This document shows positions 1 through 10,815 of a stretch of 64,000 nucleotides of DNA, piece after piece. Each line of letters opens with the position of its first letter. Position 1 is the stretch's first letter. This DNA comes from Geminicoccus sp. Lineage in GTDB: Bacteria > Pseudomonadota > Alphaproteobacteria > UBA7985. The translations under genes and the position numbers were made by a program. The stretch lies in the NCBI GenBank assembly GCA_002708995.1, contig PAPT01000025.1:10548-74547 (forward strand). The letters run 5' to 3'. Below the pieces are notes generated by a model. It had not been told where the DNA came from. It made no database searches and was given only the letters and a program-made list of their open reading frames with translations.

Positions 1-134
1 TGCGGGTACTACCCGATGTCGCCGGCCCGTCATTCCAGGCGTTCTTCGTCTACCCCGAAGAGCTGCGTTCGACCCAGCGGGTCAACGTGTTCCGCGACTT
101 CCTGTTGGAAAAGGTCCGCGCCTCGCAGTTCTGA
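1..134 (+). CDS. C-terminal fragment of a transcriptional regulator (LysR-like tail ...VNVFRDFLLEKVRASQF*), 5' end outside window
   Basis: Frame-3 translation of 3..134 gives RVLPDVAGPSFQAFFVYPEELRSTQRVNVFRDFLLEKVRASQF ending at TGA 132-134. It resembles the C-terminal motif of LysR-family regulators. The terminator hairpin follows. Confidence 0.35.
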   Translation, partial: RVLPDVAGPSFQAFFVYPEELRSTQRVNVFRDFLLEKVRASQF

Positions 135-185
135 GGACGGCGATCAAGGCACTGATCGAAGCACTGAACCGATCAGAATTCGCAG

Positions 186-222
186 GACAAAGGGCGGCTC
201 TCGGGCCGCCCTTTGTCGTTTC
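186..222 (+). terminator. Rho-independent terminator (aaagggcggc-tctcg-ggccgcccttt + TTTGTCGTTT) between convergent LysR-like gene and hemF
   Basis: Perfect 10-bp GC-rich inverted repeat with 5-nt loop followed by T-rich tract, seen directly in sequence. Confidence 0.55.
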
Positions 223-236
223 GGTTGCGAGCGGGG

Positions 237-1178
237 TCAGTCCCAGCCCACGGCGGGCGGCAATGACATCAGAATGGCCTCGACGTTACCGCCGGTCTTC
301 AGACCGAACAATGTGCCCCGATCGTGCAGCAGGTTGAATTCCACGTAGCGACCCCGACGCTTGAGCTGGTGCGCGCGCTCCTCGTCAGTCCAGGGCCTTT
401 TGCTGTGCTGCTCGACCAGCGGGACGTAGGCCTTGCGGAAGGCCTCCCCCACGTCGCGGGTCAGGGCAAAATCCGCCTCCCAGTCGCCGGTGTCGAGATA
501 GTCGTAGAAGATCCCGCCGACCCCGCGCGGTTCGTTGCGGTGGGGCAGGAAGAAGTAGCGGTCACACCAGTCACGGAAGGCGGGATAGAAATCGGCGTGG
601 TGCTGGTCACAGGCGGCCTGAAGCGTGCCGTGAAAGTGTCGGGTGTCGGGCTCGTGCGGCACCATTGGGGTGAGGTCAGCACCGCCGCCGAACCAGCCCT
701 TGGTGGTAATGATCATGCGCGTGTTCATGTGCACGGCGGGGACCAGCGGACTGTGCATGTGGGCGACGAGGCTGATCCCGGCCGCATAGAACCGGGGGTC
801 GTCGCCAGCGCCGGAAATCGACTTGGCAAATTCGGGGCTGAACTGCCCGGAAACGACAGAAATGTTGACCCCAACCTTTTCGAACACCCGACCTTTCATG
901 ATCGACATGACACCGCCACCGCCATCAGGTCGGTCCCAGGCCTTGCTCTGGAAGCGCCCCGGCGCGATGCCGGCGGTCTGGGGGTGGTCCGGCCCGCCAC
1001 TGTCTTCAAGACCTTCGAAGTCCGCGCAGATACGATCCCGCAGGCCCCGGAACCAGTCTTCGGCCCGGGTCTTTCGGGCATCTATGGCGCCTTGATCGGG
1101 GAGTGGCGACGTTCCCCGCCACCACGGCAGGTCGGCCTCGGGGGCGGCGATTGCGCCCTTGGTGGTGGCCTCAGTCAC
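237..1178 (-). CDS. hemF: Oxygen-dependent coproporphyrinogen III oxidase HemF
   Basis: ORF 237..1322(-) has strong HemF-like motifs ([31 protein letters not shown]; [13 protein letters not shown]). The N-terminal region of the ORF overlaps trmL. The likely start is GTG at 1178 (about 313 aa) or ATG at 1229. The start is uncertain. Confidence 0.85.
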   Translation of the reverse strand: MTEATTKGAIAAPEADLPWWRGTSPLPDQGAIDARKTRAEDWFRGLRDRICADFEGLEDSGGPDHPQTAGIAPGRFQSKAWDRPDGGGGVMSIMKGRVFEKVGVNISVVSGQFSPEFAKSISGAGDDPRFYAAGISLVAHMHSPLVPAVHMNTRMIITTKGWFGGGADLTPMVPHEPDTRHFHGTLQAACDQHHADFYPAFRDWCDRYFFLPHRNEPRGVGGIFYDYLDTGDWEADFALTRDVGEAFRKAYVPLVEQHSKRPWTDEERAHQLKRRGRYVEFNLLHDRGTLFGLKTGGNVEAILMSLPPAVGWD

Positions 1179-1659
1179 GGCTGCGGTCTCCCAAATCAGT
1201 GAACCAATCGAGTTGGCGGCAGGCTTCATAGGCAAAAATGCCGGCCGCCTGCGCCACATTGAGGGAACGCCGCCCCGGGGCAAGGGGCAGGCGCACGCGG
1301 TGCTGACACGCCGCATGCACATAGTCCGGCGCGCCGGCGCTCTCCCGGCCGAGAATAATGATGTCTCCGGGCGCGAAACGGAATTCGGGCAGAGGCTCGG
1401 CGGCGTGGGCTGAGGCGAGGATCAGCCGCGCTGGCGCCACTGCACCGGCAAAGGCCGCCCAGTCATCGTGCCGGGTCAGCTGCGTATCCTGCCGATAGTC
1501 CATGCCAGCGCGGCGCAGTTTGCGGTCGTCGAGCAGAAACCCGCAGGGCTCGATGATGTGCAGCAGCAGATCGAGGCAGGCACAGAGCCGCATGATCGCC
1601 CCCGCGTTCTGCGGAATGTCGGGTTCAAACAGGGCGATTGAGGGTCGCTGCGAGGACAA
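1171..1659 (-). CDS. trmL: tRNA (cytidine/uridine-2'-O)-methyltransferase TrmL (SpoU family)
   Basis: 162 aa with SpoU/TrmL motifs ([19 protein letters not shown]...; C-terminal [10 protein letters not shown]). Confidence 0.85.
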   Translation of the reverse strand: MSSQRPSIALFEPDIPQNAGAIMRLCACLDLLLHIIEPCGFLLDDRKLRRAGMDYRQDTQLTRHDDWAAFAGAVAPARLILASAHAAEPLPEFRFAPGDIIILGRESAGAPDYVHAACQHRVRLPLAPGRRSLNVAQAAGIFAYEACRQLDWFTDLGDRSRD

Positions 1660-1953
1660 TCCACCGGGGCCTTTCGGGTCTGCGGAGCCTGAGGCCTCGC
1701 TTGTTACAGTAAGGACGAATAACAGCTTATCGAATACCGGGGCTAGACCCTAAACGGACGCTTGGGTATAGCCGTCTCACACCATCGTTCGTGAGGTGCA
1801 AAATCGTGCTGTTCGTGCCGGTCGTGACACTGAGTCACTCTGGTACCTGACCGGTTTTCGGGCAGGGTGGACAACGTGGGTTAACCACTCTTCGCCGCAG
1901 TGCCCAAAATCTGTTCGGGCGTTGCATATTTTGAAGGAAGAAGGACTTCGCAA

Positions 1954-2502
1954 ATGGCTGACACGCCGAACGACGTCGCAAACCCGGATCGCCGTAATTT
2001 CCTCGTCCTGTCCACCATGACCATGGCGGGCATTGGTGCCGCCGCTGGCGGTGTCGGACTGATCCGGACCATGACCCCGACCCGTGACGTAGCGGGCGGC
2101 GGTGTCATCGAGGTTTCGCTCGAAGGCATCTCCGAAGGCTCTGGCATCATCGCGACAGCAGGCCGGAAAAAGTACTCGATCCGGCGCCGGACGGCCGAAG
2201 AGATCGCAGCAGCGGTGGCGGACGACGCCAGCCCGATGCGCGACCCTCAGCCCGATGCCGACCGGGTCAAGCGGCCCGAATGGCTGGTGCTGCGTCTGCA
2301 GTGTCCGCACCTGGGTTGCCCGCCGCAGGGCACCGCAGCGGGTGAGAAGCGTGGCGAATACGGTGGCTACTTCTGCCCCTGCCATAACTCGCAGTTCGAC
2401 ACGTCCGGCCGGATCCGCAAGGGCCCGTCCCCGGCGAACCTGCCGGTGCCGAAGTACTTCTTCGCTTCCGACGACATGATTGTTATTGGTAAGGAGGCCT
2501 AA
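1954..2502 (+). CDS. petA: Ubiquinol-cytochrome c reductase Rieske iron-sulfur subunit
   Basis: Rieske boxes CPHLGC and CPCHNS. Tat-like N-terminus DRRNFLVLSTMTMAG. ATG at 1954 is preceded by gaaggaagaagga RBS. First gene of petABC. Confidence 0.95.
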   Translation: MADTPNDVANPDRRNFLVLSTMTMAGIGAAAGGVGLIRTMTPTRDVAGGGVIEVSLEGISEGSGIIATAGRKKYSIRRRTAEEIAAAVADDASPMRDPQPDADRVKRPEWLVLRLQCPHLGCPPQGTAAGEKRGEYGGYFCPCHNSQFDTSGRIRKGPSPANLPVPKYFFASDDMIVIGKEA

Positions 2503-2507
2503 GTCTG

Positions 2508-3911
2508 ATGGCTGGCTCTCGTTCACCGTTCACCAATCCCCTGCTCAAGGGCTTTGACGAACGTCTCCCTATTCTGCGTGCCGTGCACTACTCGATGACA
2601 CAGCACGCCTACCCCAAGAACCTGAACTACTGGTGGAACTTCGGCTCGATCTCCGGGATCATGCTGCTGGTGATGATCGTGACGGGTCTGTTCCTGGCCA
2701 TGCACTACAAGCCATCGGTTCAGGAAGACACCTACGGCATCAACCAGGCGTTCCGCTCGGTCGAGCACATCATGCGTGACGTGAAGGGTGGGATGTTCCT
2801 GCGCTACATCCACTCGGTCGGGGCGTCGTTCTTCTTTATCGCCGTGATCTTCCACATGTTCCGCAGCCTCTACTACGGCTCGTACAAGGCGCCGCGGGAA
2901 CTGCTTTGGATTCTGGGCTGTATCATCCTGATCCTGATGATGGCGATTGCCTTCCTCGGTTATTCACTGGTCTGGGGCGTGATGTCCTTCGCCGCTGCTG
3001 AAGTGATCACCCAGGTCTTCACCGCTATCCCGGTTCTGGGCGACGATATCCTGATGCTGCTGCGCGGGGGTGAGGACGTGGATGACGCGCTCCTGAACCG
3101 CTTCTTTGCGCTGCACTTCCTGCTGCCGTTTATCCTCGCTGGCGTAGTGATTCTGCACATTCTGACGCTGCAGACCGTGGGTTCCAACAACCCGCTGGGG
3201 GTCGACATCAAGTCGAAGAAAGACACCGTGTCCTTCCACCCCTACTACACCTTCAAGGACATCTTCGGCCTGTCGGTGTTCTTCACCATCTATCTGGCGG
3301 TTGTTGCCTGGGCGCCGGAGCGTCTGGCCGAGGCGATCAACAACCAGCCGACGGACTACAACCTGCCGTCCCACATCGTACCCGAATGGTACCTGCTGCC
3401 GTTCTACGCGATCCTGAAGGTCTTTACCTGGGACCTTAACATCTTCGGTCTGGTGATCACCGGTAAGCAGCTGGGTGCCCTCGCCATGGGCGGTTCGCTC
3501 GGCGTACTGTTCCTGCTGCCGTGGCTCGACACCTCCCCGGTGCGGTCCGCGCGCTTCCGGCCGCTGTACCGGCTGGCGTTCTGGGGCTTCGTGCTGACCT
3601 GCGTGATCCTCGCGCTGGTCGGGGCGCAGACCTCGGGTGAAGCCTTCTTCATCCCGACGCCTTTCGGCCGTATCCCGCTGGGCTTCGAAGCTGAGAATGG
3701 CTTCGTCTGGGGTTCGACCCAGCAGTGGGGCGTGCTGTTCATGCTCTACTACTTCGGTTTCTTCATCGTGCTGATGCCGGTGCTGGGTCTGTTCGAACGA
3801 ACCCGGACGCTACCAGCTTCGATCTCCGAACCTGTGCTGCCATCGAGCCAGGGCGCGGGCGCTGTTGCTGCTGCTGTGGCGGTGGCCAAGCCGATGGCCA
3901 AGGCCGACTGA
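2508..3911 (+). CDS. petB: Cytochrome b (bc1 complex)
   Basis: 467 aa polytopic protein with cytochrome b signature (YGSYKAPRELLWILG, heme-ligand His-containing helices). Immediately follows petA. Confidence 0.95.
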   Translation: MAGSRSPFTNPLLKGFDERLPILRAVHYSMTQHAYPKNLNYWWNFGSISGIMLLVMIVTGLFLAMHYKPSVQEDTYGINQAFRSVEHIMRDVKGGMFLRYIHSVGASFFFIAVIFHMFRSLYYGSYKAPRELLWILGCIILILMMAIAFLGYSLVWGVMSFAAAEVITQVFTAIPVLGDDILMLLRGGEDVDDALLNRFFALHFLLPFILAGVVILHILTLQTVGSNNPLGVDIKSKKDTVSFHPYYTFKDIFGLSVFFTIYLAVVAWAPERLAEAINNQPTDYNLPSHIVPEWYLLPFYAILKVFTWDLNIFGLVITGKQLGALAMGGSLGVLFLLPWLDTSPVRSARFRPLYRLAFWGFVLTCVILALVGAQTSGEAFFIPTPFGRIPLGFEAENGFVWGSTQQWGVLFMLYYFGFFIVLMPVLGLFERTRTLPASISEPVLPSSQGAGAVAAAVAVAKPMAKAD

Positions 3912-3983
3912 CCTTTTCGCGGGACGGGCCCCGGCCCGTCCCATTCCGCCGAAGCCAGACCCTCATTTAAGAAAGCATCGTTC

Positions 3984-4799
3984 ATGCGTTTCGGAACATT
4001 GATCAAAACCCTCAGCGCCGCCGCCGCCTTCATGGCCGTCGCCGCTGCGCCAGCCCAAGCCGAAGAAGCCGGACCGGTCGACTCGCAAAGCTGGACCTTC
4101 ACCGGCCCTCTGGGCCACTACGACGAGCGCCAGCTGCAGCGCGGTCTCTACATCTACCAGACCCGCTGTCAGGCCTGTCACTCGCTGGGTCTGGTGCGCT
4201 TCTCCTCCCTCGCCGACCTTGGCTGGGAGCTGCTGGAAGGTCAGACCGGTGAGGACGTGGCCAAGGCCATCGCATCGAACTACGAAATTCCGTACATCAA
4301 CGACGACGGCGAAAACGACACCCGCCCCGGCGTGCTGAACGACACCTTCCCCTGGGCGCTTGGCAATCCCAAGCGCGCCACGGCCACTTACGGCAAGGCA
4401 CCGCCAGACCTGTCCACCATGGCGCGTTCGCGCATCGGCGGGGCCGACTACATCTACGCGCTGCTGACCGGCTACGACGATGCCCACGAGCAGCCTGAGG
4501 GCGCCTACTACAACAAGGTCATGCCCGTTATCGCCATGCCCAACCCGTGGCCCGCGGATATGTCCGACTTCGAATACCCGGACGGCACCGTGCCGACGCT
4601 GGAGCAGCAGTCTCGCGACGTGACAGCCTTCCTCAACTGGGCAGCTGACCCCTACCTTGAAGCCCGCCACAAGTGGGGCATCGTGGTCGTGCTGTACATG
4701 CTGGCGCTGACCATCATCTCGTTTTTCGCCTACCGTATCGTTGCGGCGCAGGTGCACAGCCGCCTCGAAGCCGAGGGTGGGCCGGAACCGGATCACTAG
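3984..4799 (+). CDS. petC: Cytochrome c1
   Basis: Signal peptide, single CQACH heme-binding motif, C-terminal membrane anchor. Third gene of fbc/pet operon. Confidence 0.9.
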   Translation: MRFGTLIKTLSAAAAFMAVAAAPAQAEEAGPVDSQSWTFTGPLGHYDERQLQRGLYIYQTRCQACHSLGLVRFSSLADLGWELLEGQTGEDVAKAIASNYEIPYINDDGENDTRPGVLNDTFPWALGNPKRATATYGKAPPDLSTMARSRIGGADYIYALLTGYDDAHEQPEGAYYNKVMPVIAMPNPWPADMSDFEYPDGTVPTLEQQSRDVTAFLNWAADPYLEARHKWGIVVVLYMLALTIISFFAYRIVAAQVHSRLEAEGGPEPDH

Positions 4800-4859
4800 G
4801 CCGGGTCGCGAGATCGATCAGACATCGAAAAACAGGTCTCCTCGCGGGACCAGAGAAAA

Positions 4860-4893
4860 AAGGCTGCGGCATCCCCGCAGCCTTTTTTGTTGT
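4860..4893 (+). terminator. Rho-independent terminator after petABC (ggctgcgg-catcc-ccgcagcc + TTTTTTGTTG)
   Basis: GC stem-loop followed by 6-T run 60 nt downstream of petC stop. Confidence 0.75.
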
Positions 4894-4986
4894 CCCCAGG
4901 TTACCAGCCGCCAAGGGCGTTCAATTCGCCCCGGCTTTGCTCTAGAGTACCGCCACTTGCCCCCGCACTGGTGGAGAAATAAGCCC

Positions 4987-5862
4987 ATGTTCTCAGTTGT
5001 CACCGACCACCCGGACGTTCCGGGCGATGCGCCCATCATTGGGCTCGACCACGTCATTCTGGCGGTGAGCGACCTTGAGGCTGCGCAGGCGAAGGCCCGC
5101 AAACTCGGTTTCACCACCACCGACATCACCGCCCACGTCGGCTGGGGTACGGCCAACACCTGCGTAATGTTCCGCGGGCTGGATGATCAGGGCGACTATC
5201 TCGAAATCCTAGGCGTACGCGACGCCAGCATCGGCACGAACGGCCTCGACGACCATCTGGCCGAACAGGGTGAAGGCCTGCTGTCGCTGGCGCTCAAGGG
5301 CCGGGCCGAGCTGGCGGCCGCTGCCTTCGATGAAAACGGGCTGGCGCATCTGGGCATCGAGAACCTGCACCGCAACGTCGAGGTTGTGCCGGGCATGTCC
5401 CAGCGCGCCTCGTTCAAGCTGGTGCGGCCACAGCGCGGGCCGTTCTCGCCCGTGCCGCTGTTCGTCTGCGAGCACCTGACCCCGCAGGCGGTCTGGGCCG
5501 ACCGCTTCGTTCACCACGAGAACGGCACCCTTGGCATCCGGGCCGTGCAGATGCGGATGGCCGATGGCAGCACGCTGGGCGAAGGCTACGAGGCCCTGCT
5601 CACCGGCAAGCTCACCGGCAGCATCGCAAAGCCGATCGGCGCCGACCTCGAATTCTACAGCGCCGAGGACTGGGCGCAGATTTACCCCGACGCCGAAGCC
5701 CACGAAGCCATCGTCTATCAGGTCGAGGATCTGACTAAGACCGGGGAGTTCCTCGCCAATTCCGGGCTGGCCTTCCGCCCGGCGATGGCGGGCTATCGCG
5801 GCTACATCGTATACCCCGGCGACGCGGGCGGGGCCTACGCGGTGTTCACCGACGGCACTTGA
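4987..5862 (+). CDS. VOC (glyoxalase/bleomycin-resistance/extradiol dioxygenase) family protein, two-domain
   Basis: Long ORF 4741..5862 overlaps petC. The in-frame ATG at 4987 (MFSVVTDHP...) gives a 291-aa protein with a VOC-like pattern (GLDHVILAVSDLEAA ... repeated beta-alpha-beta-beta-beta halves). Function is not assignable. Confidence 0.65.
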   Translation: MFSVVTDHPDVPGDAPIIGLDHVILAVSDLEAAQAKARKLGFTTTDITAHVGWGTANTCVMFRGLDDQGDYLEILGVRDASIGTNGLDDHLAEQGEGLLSLALKGRAELAAAAFDENGLAHLGIENLHRNVEVVPGMSQRASFKLVRPQRGPFSPVPLFVCEHLTPQAVWADRFVHHENGTLGIRAVQMRMADGSTLGEGYEALLTGKLTGSIAKPIGADLEFYSAEDWAQIYPDAEAHEAIVYQVEDLTKTGEFLANSGLAFRPAMAGYRGYIVYPGDAGGAYAVFTDGT

Positions 5863-5978
5863 GCCGCGACGGCCCACGCGGGATTAATCACACAATTTTC
5901 AGCGCCCACTAATATTGCCCCGTGCCGGCAACGGCCTAGTTTCACCTGACAACCGAGTCCTCGCAAAAAGAGGTTGTC

Positions 5979-6365
5979 ATGCGCGCCCTTTTCTTCTCTC
6001 TCGTCGCGGTCGTCAGCGTCGCTTCTCCATCGCTGGCCCAGGATCTGCGCGGCATGTGGCTGGACAACAAAGCCTGGGATGGCGTTCAAGCGGTCGTGCA
6101 GATGTACGACTGTGAAGACGGCACCGGCCTGTGCGCCCGCATCGTGCGCGCCTATCAGGGGGAGCTGGCAGCGGGGCAGCAGAACTATCTGCTGATCCGA
6201 TCGGTTCAGCCGCGCCGTGCCGGCATGTTCGAAGGCATCATCAACCCACCGGTGAGCTTCGTCGGTGACTCAAAGGTAACCATCAAGGTTCAGGACGCGG
6301 TGACGATTTCCTACAGCTCGTGCTTCTTGCCCGTGTGCAAAGGCACCATGACCCGGATGCAGTAA
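5979..6365 (+). CDS. Secreted DUF2147-like protein (paralog 1)
   Basis: Signal peptide (MRALFFSLVAVVSVASPSLAQ), then the GxW...LC..I motif characteristic of DUF2147. RBS aaaaagagg upstream. Confidence 0.5.
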   Translation: MRALFFSLVAVVSVASPSLAQDLRGMWLDNKAWDGVQAVVQMYDCEDGTGLCARIVRAYQGELAAGQQNYLLIRSVQPRRAGMFEGIINPPVSFVGDSKVTIKVQDAVTISYSSCFLPVCKGTMTRMQ

Positions 6366-6488
6366 GCCGGCGGCAGGACCCTTCTGCCGATCCCTAAAAT
6401 CCAACTTTTTTCTTCTCGAGCCGGGCCCGAACGCTGTTCAGGTCCGGTTTTTGCGTTTTCCGGGGGTAGCGACATCGTCACTCGGCAT

Positions 6489-6899
6489 TTGCATCGCATG
6501 CTGCTCAAGACTTTTGCTGCCTCTATCCTGCTCAGCCTTCTCGGTGGCGGTGCGTTCGCGCAGGCTAACCCGTTGCAGGGCTACTGGCAGATGGACAGCC
6601 CGATGCAGGGTATGCAGGCGATCGTCGAGCTCTACAACTGCGGCGATGACGCCGTTCTGTGCGGGAAAATCGCCGCCGTGATCGGGGAAAAGATCGACCG
6701 GCGGGAGGTGCTGAAGCGGCAGCTGCTGCACGGCCTGCGTCGCCAGCCAGACGGCAGTTACAAGGGCAAGATGAAGATGCCCGCCAGGTCCCTGCCGGTC
6801 ATGAATGCGCTGGTGCAGCCTGCCTCACGCGACAACCTAGCGATCAAGGCCTGTTTCTTCCGGCAGTGCCGCTCGGGCAACCTGTCCCGGCTGAACTAG
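6489..6899 (+). CDS. Secreted DUF2147-like protein (paralog 2)
   Basis: Signal peptide plus region alignable to the upstream paralog (GYWQMDSPMQGMQAIVELYNCGDDAVLCGKI vs GMWLDNKAWDGVQAVVQMYDCEDGTGLCARI). Confidence 0.5.
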   Translation: MHRMLLKTFAASILLSLLGGGAFAQANPLQGYWQMDSPMQGMQAIVELYNCGDDAVLCGKIAAVIGEKIDRREVLKRQLLHGLRRQPDGSYKGKMKMPARSLPVMNALVQPASRDNLAIKACFFRQCRSGNLSRLN

Positions 6900-6911
6900 C
6901 GCCGCACCTGC

Positions 6912-8009
6912 TCAGACGTTAAAGCGGAAGTGGAAGATGTCGCCGTCCTTGGCGACGTAGTCCTTGCCTTCGACCCGCAGTTTTCCCGCATCCTTGGCAC
7001 CAGCTTCACCGCCGCAGGCGATGAAGTCGTCGTAGGCGATGGTCTCGGCCCGGATGAAGCCCCGCTCGAAATCGGTATGGATGGCGCCGGCAGCCTGCGG
7101 TGCGGTTGCACCGGTGCGCACGGTCCAGGCGCGGGCCTCCTTTAGCCCGGCGGTGAAAAAGGTCAGCAGGTCGAGCAGGCCATAGCCCCGGCGGATCAGA
7201 CGCGCCAGCCCGGTCTCCTGCAAGCCAAGGGTTTCGAGGAACTCGCGCTTGTCTTCGTCGGTGGGCAGCGCGGCAATCTCGGCCTCGATCGCCGCAGAGA
7301 TGAGGATGGCGCTGGCGCCCTCGCGCTCGGCCAGCTCGAACACGGCGGCGGAGTGGTGGTTGCCTTCGGCGGCGTCTTCCTCGCCGACATTGCAGACGTA
7401 GAGCACCGGCTTGGAGGTCAGCAGCTGCAGCTGGCGCACGATCTTCATCTCTTCAGGTGAAAACTCGACTGTGCGGGCGGTCTTGCCTTCGGTCAGCGCA
7501 GCGGCCAGCGGCTCAAGGATCGCCATCAGCTGCCGGGCTTCCTTGTCGCCCGACTGCGCGCGCTTGGATTCCTTGGCCATGCGCTTTTCCACGGCATCGA
7601 GGTCGGCGATCATCAGCTCGGTGGTGACAGTCTCGGCGTCGCGCACGGGGTCGACCGAGCCGTCGACGTGGGTGACTTCACCGTCGAAGCAGCGCAGCAC
7701 GTGCAGGATGGCGTCGGTTTCGCGGATGTTGGCGAGGAACTGGTTGCCGAGGCCTTCGCCCTTGGATGCCCCTCGGACCAACCCGGCGATGTCCACGACT
7801 TCGAGCTGGGTCGGCAACACCTTGGCACTCTGCGCGATATCGGCGATGACGTCCAGTCGCGGGTCGGGAACCGCTACGCGGCCGGTGTTGGGCTCGATGG
7901 TACAGAAGGGGTAGTTGGCCGCTTCGGCCGCCGCCGTTTCGGTCAGCGCGTTGAACAGCGTCGATTTACCGACGTTGGGCAGCCCGACTATACCGCAGTT
8001 GAATCCCAT
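6912..8009 (-). CDS. ychF: Ribosome-binding ATPase YchF (Obg-family GTPase)
   Basis: [24 protein letters not shown]-loop; C-terminal TGS domain. Start placed at ATG 8009 rather than the upstream ORF extension. Confidence 0.95.
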   Translation of the reverse strand: MGFNCGIVGLPNVGKSTLFNALTETAAAEAANYPFCTIEPNTGRVAVPDPRLDVIADIAQSAKVLPTQLEVVDIAGLVRGASKGEGLGNQFLANIRETDAILHVLRCFDGEVTHVDGSVDPVRDAETVTTELMIADLDAVEKRMAKESKRAQSGDKEARQLMAILEPLAAALTEGKTARTVEFSPEEMKIVRQLQLLTSKPVLYVCNVGEEDAAEGNHHSAAVFELAEREGASAILISAAIEAEIAALPTDEDKREFLETLGLQETGLARLIRRGYGLLDLLTFFTAGLKEARAWTVRTGATAPQAAGAIHTDFERGFIRAETIAYDDFIACGGEAGAKDAGKLRVEGKDYVAKDGDIFHFRFNV

Positions 8010-8085
8010 GGTCTGTGTGTCCTTGTTCTGGTCCGAGCCGCGCCACTTCGCGGGTTGCAGTGCGCGAGCGTCGCCCCCCGGGGCG

Positions 8086-8823
8086 TCAGTCGTCTTGATC
8101 GGGGGAGGATTTCCCCCGGTTGAGCAGGCGGGACAGGGCGGCACCCAGCGCGGTGGGCGGCCCCTTGCCGATAACCTTGGTCGGCGCCGCGACCGGCGCA
8201 TTGGTGCCGCTGCGGCTGCCACTGCCTCCTTTAGCAGGCTTGGCGCCAGAGGCGGGCTCGTCCAGCACCTGCATCGACAGGCTCATGAACCCGGATTCAT
8301 CGCCGCTGAGCAGCCGCGGCAGGTTGTCTGCCATGGCCCCGAGCAGGGTATCGACCCGGCGGCGGTCGTCCTTGCCGAAGTCGTGCAGCACGTGGGCCGG
8401 AACCCGGTCCTTGTGGCCGGGATGGCCGATGCCGATGCGTACCCGGCGATAGTTCTGCCCGATGTGGGCGTCGAGCGACTTGATACCGTTGTGCCCACCC
8501 GAACCACCGCCACGCTTGATCCGCACCTTGGAGGGGGGCAGATCGAGCTCGTCGTAGAATACGGTCACGGCGTCGGCCTTGAGCTTCCAGAAATCCAGCA
8601 CGTGCCGAAGCGGCTGCCCAGATTTATTCATGAAGCTCTGCGGCTTGACCAGCACCACCTTCTCACCGTCGATGCGGACCTCGGCGACCTTGGCCTGTGC
8701 ACGCTCCTTCCACTTCGCCGCGCCGAAGCGCGCAGCAAAGAGGTCGAGGGCCATGAACCCGACGTTGTGACGGTGGCCCTCGTACTGTCGCCCGGGATTA
8801 CCCAGTCCAACAAGAATGTGCAT
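8086..8823 (-). CDS. pth: Peptidyl-tRNA hydrolase with Gly/Ser/Pro-rich C-terminal extension
   Basis: MHILVGLGNPG...HNVGF...GHNG motifs. Classic ychF-pth-rplY-prs cluster. Confidence 0.9.
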   Translation of the reverse strand: MHILVGLGNPGRQYEGHRHNVGFMALDLFAARFGAAKWKERAQAKVAEVRIDGEKVVLVKPQSFMNKSGQPLRHVLDFWKLKADAVTVFYDELDLPPSKVRIKRGGGSGGHNGIKSLDAHIGQNYRRVRIGIGHPGHKDRVPAHVLHDFGKDDRRRVDTLLGAMADNLPRLLSGDESGFMSLSMQVLDEPASGAKPAKGGSGSRSGTNAPVAAPTKVIGKGPPTALGAALSRLLNRGKSSPDQDD

Positions 8824-8933
8824 GGTCCGTGCTCCGGTCTGTCTTCAGCGGGCAGCGGTCAGCTGAATAGCCCGGGCCGAAGCCGATGGTTCACAACGGC
8901 TGGCCGGGGCTGTCTGGCCGGATCCGATCCGGC

Positions 8934-9581
8934 CTATTCTTCGGCGTCGCCGCGTTCGGCATCGCCGTCGCCATCGGCCGCGGCCGCAGCCTGATCCATC
9001 ATCTGACGCTTCAGAGCGGACGGTGCGGTCACGGTTGCGATCACGAAGTCACGGCCAACGATGGTCGGTGTTACGTTACCGCTGACCTGCACCATGGAGT
9101 ATTTCACGGCGGCGTTGATCTGCAGGCCGGCGAGATCGGCGTCGAACTTGGTCGGGATTTCACCGGCCTTGCAGCGCACCTCGACCGAGTGACGGACGAC
9201 GTTGAGCACGGCGCCGCGCTTCAGGCCCGGTGAATCGGCTTCGTTGACGAAATCGACTGGGACGCGGACCTTGACGATGGTGTCGGGGTCGACACGCATG
9301 AAGTCGACGTGGATCGGCTGATCGGTGACGCGGTCGAACTGCACATCGCGGGGCAGCACGTTCATCTGCTTGCCGTCAACGTCCAGCGCCATGACCTTGG
9401 CGAAGAAGCCGCGCTCATTGAGGCCCTTCCAGATCGGGCGGGGGTCGATGGCCACCATTTCAGGGTCAGCCGCACCACCGTAGATCACGGCGGGGACGAG
9501 GCCTTCCTTGCGGGCTGCCTTGGCTGCGGTCTTACCGGCGCCGGGCTTGGCCTTGGCCGGAATAGTCATTGCGATGTCCAT
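8934..9581 (-). CDS. rplY: 50S ribosomal protein L25 / general stress protein Ctc
   Basis: L25/Ctc beta-barrel homology plus acidic C-terminal tail. AGGAG RBS 8 nt before ATG 9581. Confidence 0.9.
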   Translation of the reverse strand: MDIAMTIPAKAKPGAGKTAAKAARKEGLVPAVIYGGAADPEMVAIDPRPIWKGLNERGFFAKVMALDVDGKQMNVLPRDVQFDRVTDQPIHVDFMRVDPDTIVKVRVPVDFVNEADSPGLKRGAVLNVVRHSVEVRCKAGEIPTKFDADLAGLQINAAVKYSMVQVSGNVTPTIVGRDFVIATVTAPSALKRQMMDQAAAAADGDGDAERGDAEE

Positions 9582-9676
9582 GGGGACTTCTCCTGTATCA
9601 GAGGTAAGAATTTAAGTGTCAGAAAGCTGCCGGGTCAGGACAGACGGTAAAGTCGAAACCGGGACGACGGTCCCGG

Positions 9677-10618
<942 letters not shown>

Positions 10619-10815
10619 CGATTTTGCTCCGGCTCCGAGAGTGCTCGCCGCGCCGGGGGCCGGCAGGACGACATCTGGCACCAAGAAAGTGTGTTATGCC
10701 CGTGCTTTAGACCACAGCGGGGCGCAGGGTCAACGCGCACAGCAGCTTATGAGAACGAAAGCGGGCATGCGAATCTTGCAGGCACGCAGCCGAACGGGGG
10801 CCAGTCCGAGGCCGA

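Noticed and set aside
1777-2526. 249-aa ORF on the minus strand
   Set aside because: Entirely antisense to petA (Rieske protein), which has unmistakable motifs. A high-GC antisense artefact with Arg/Ala-rich low-complexity translation.
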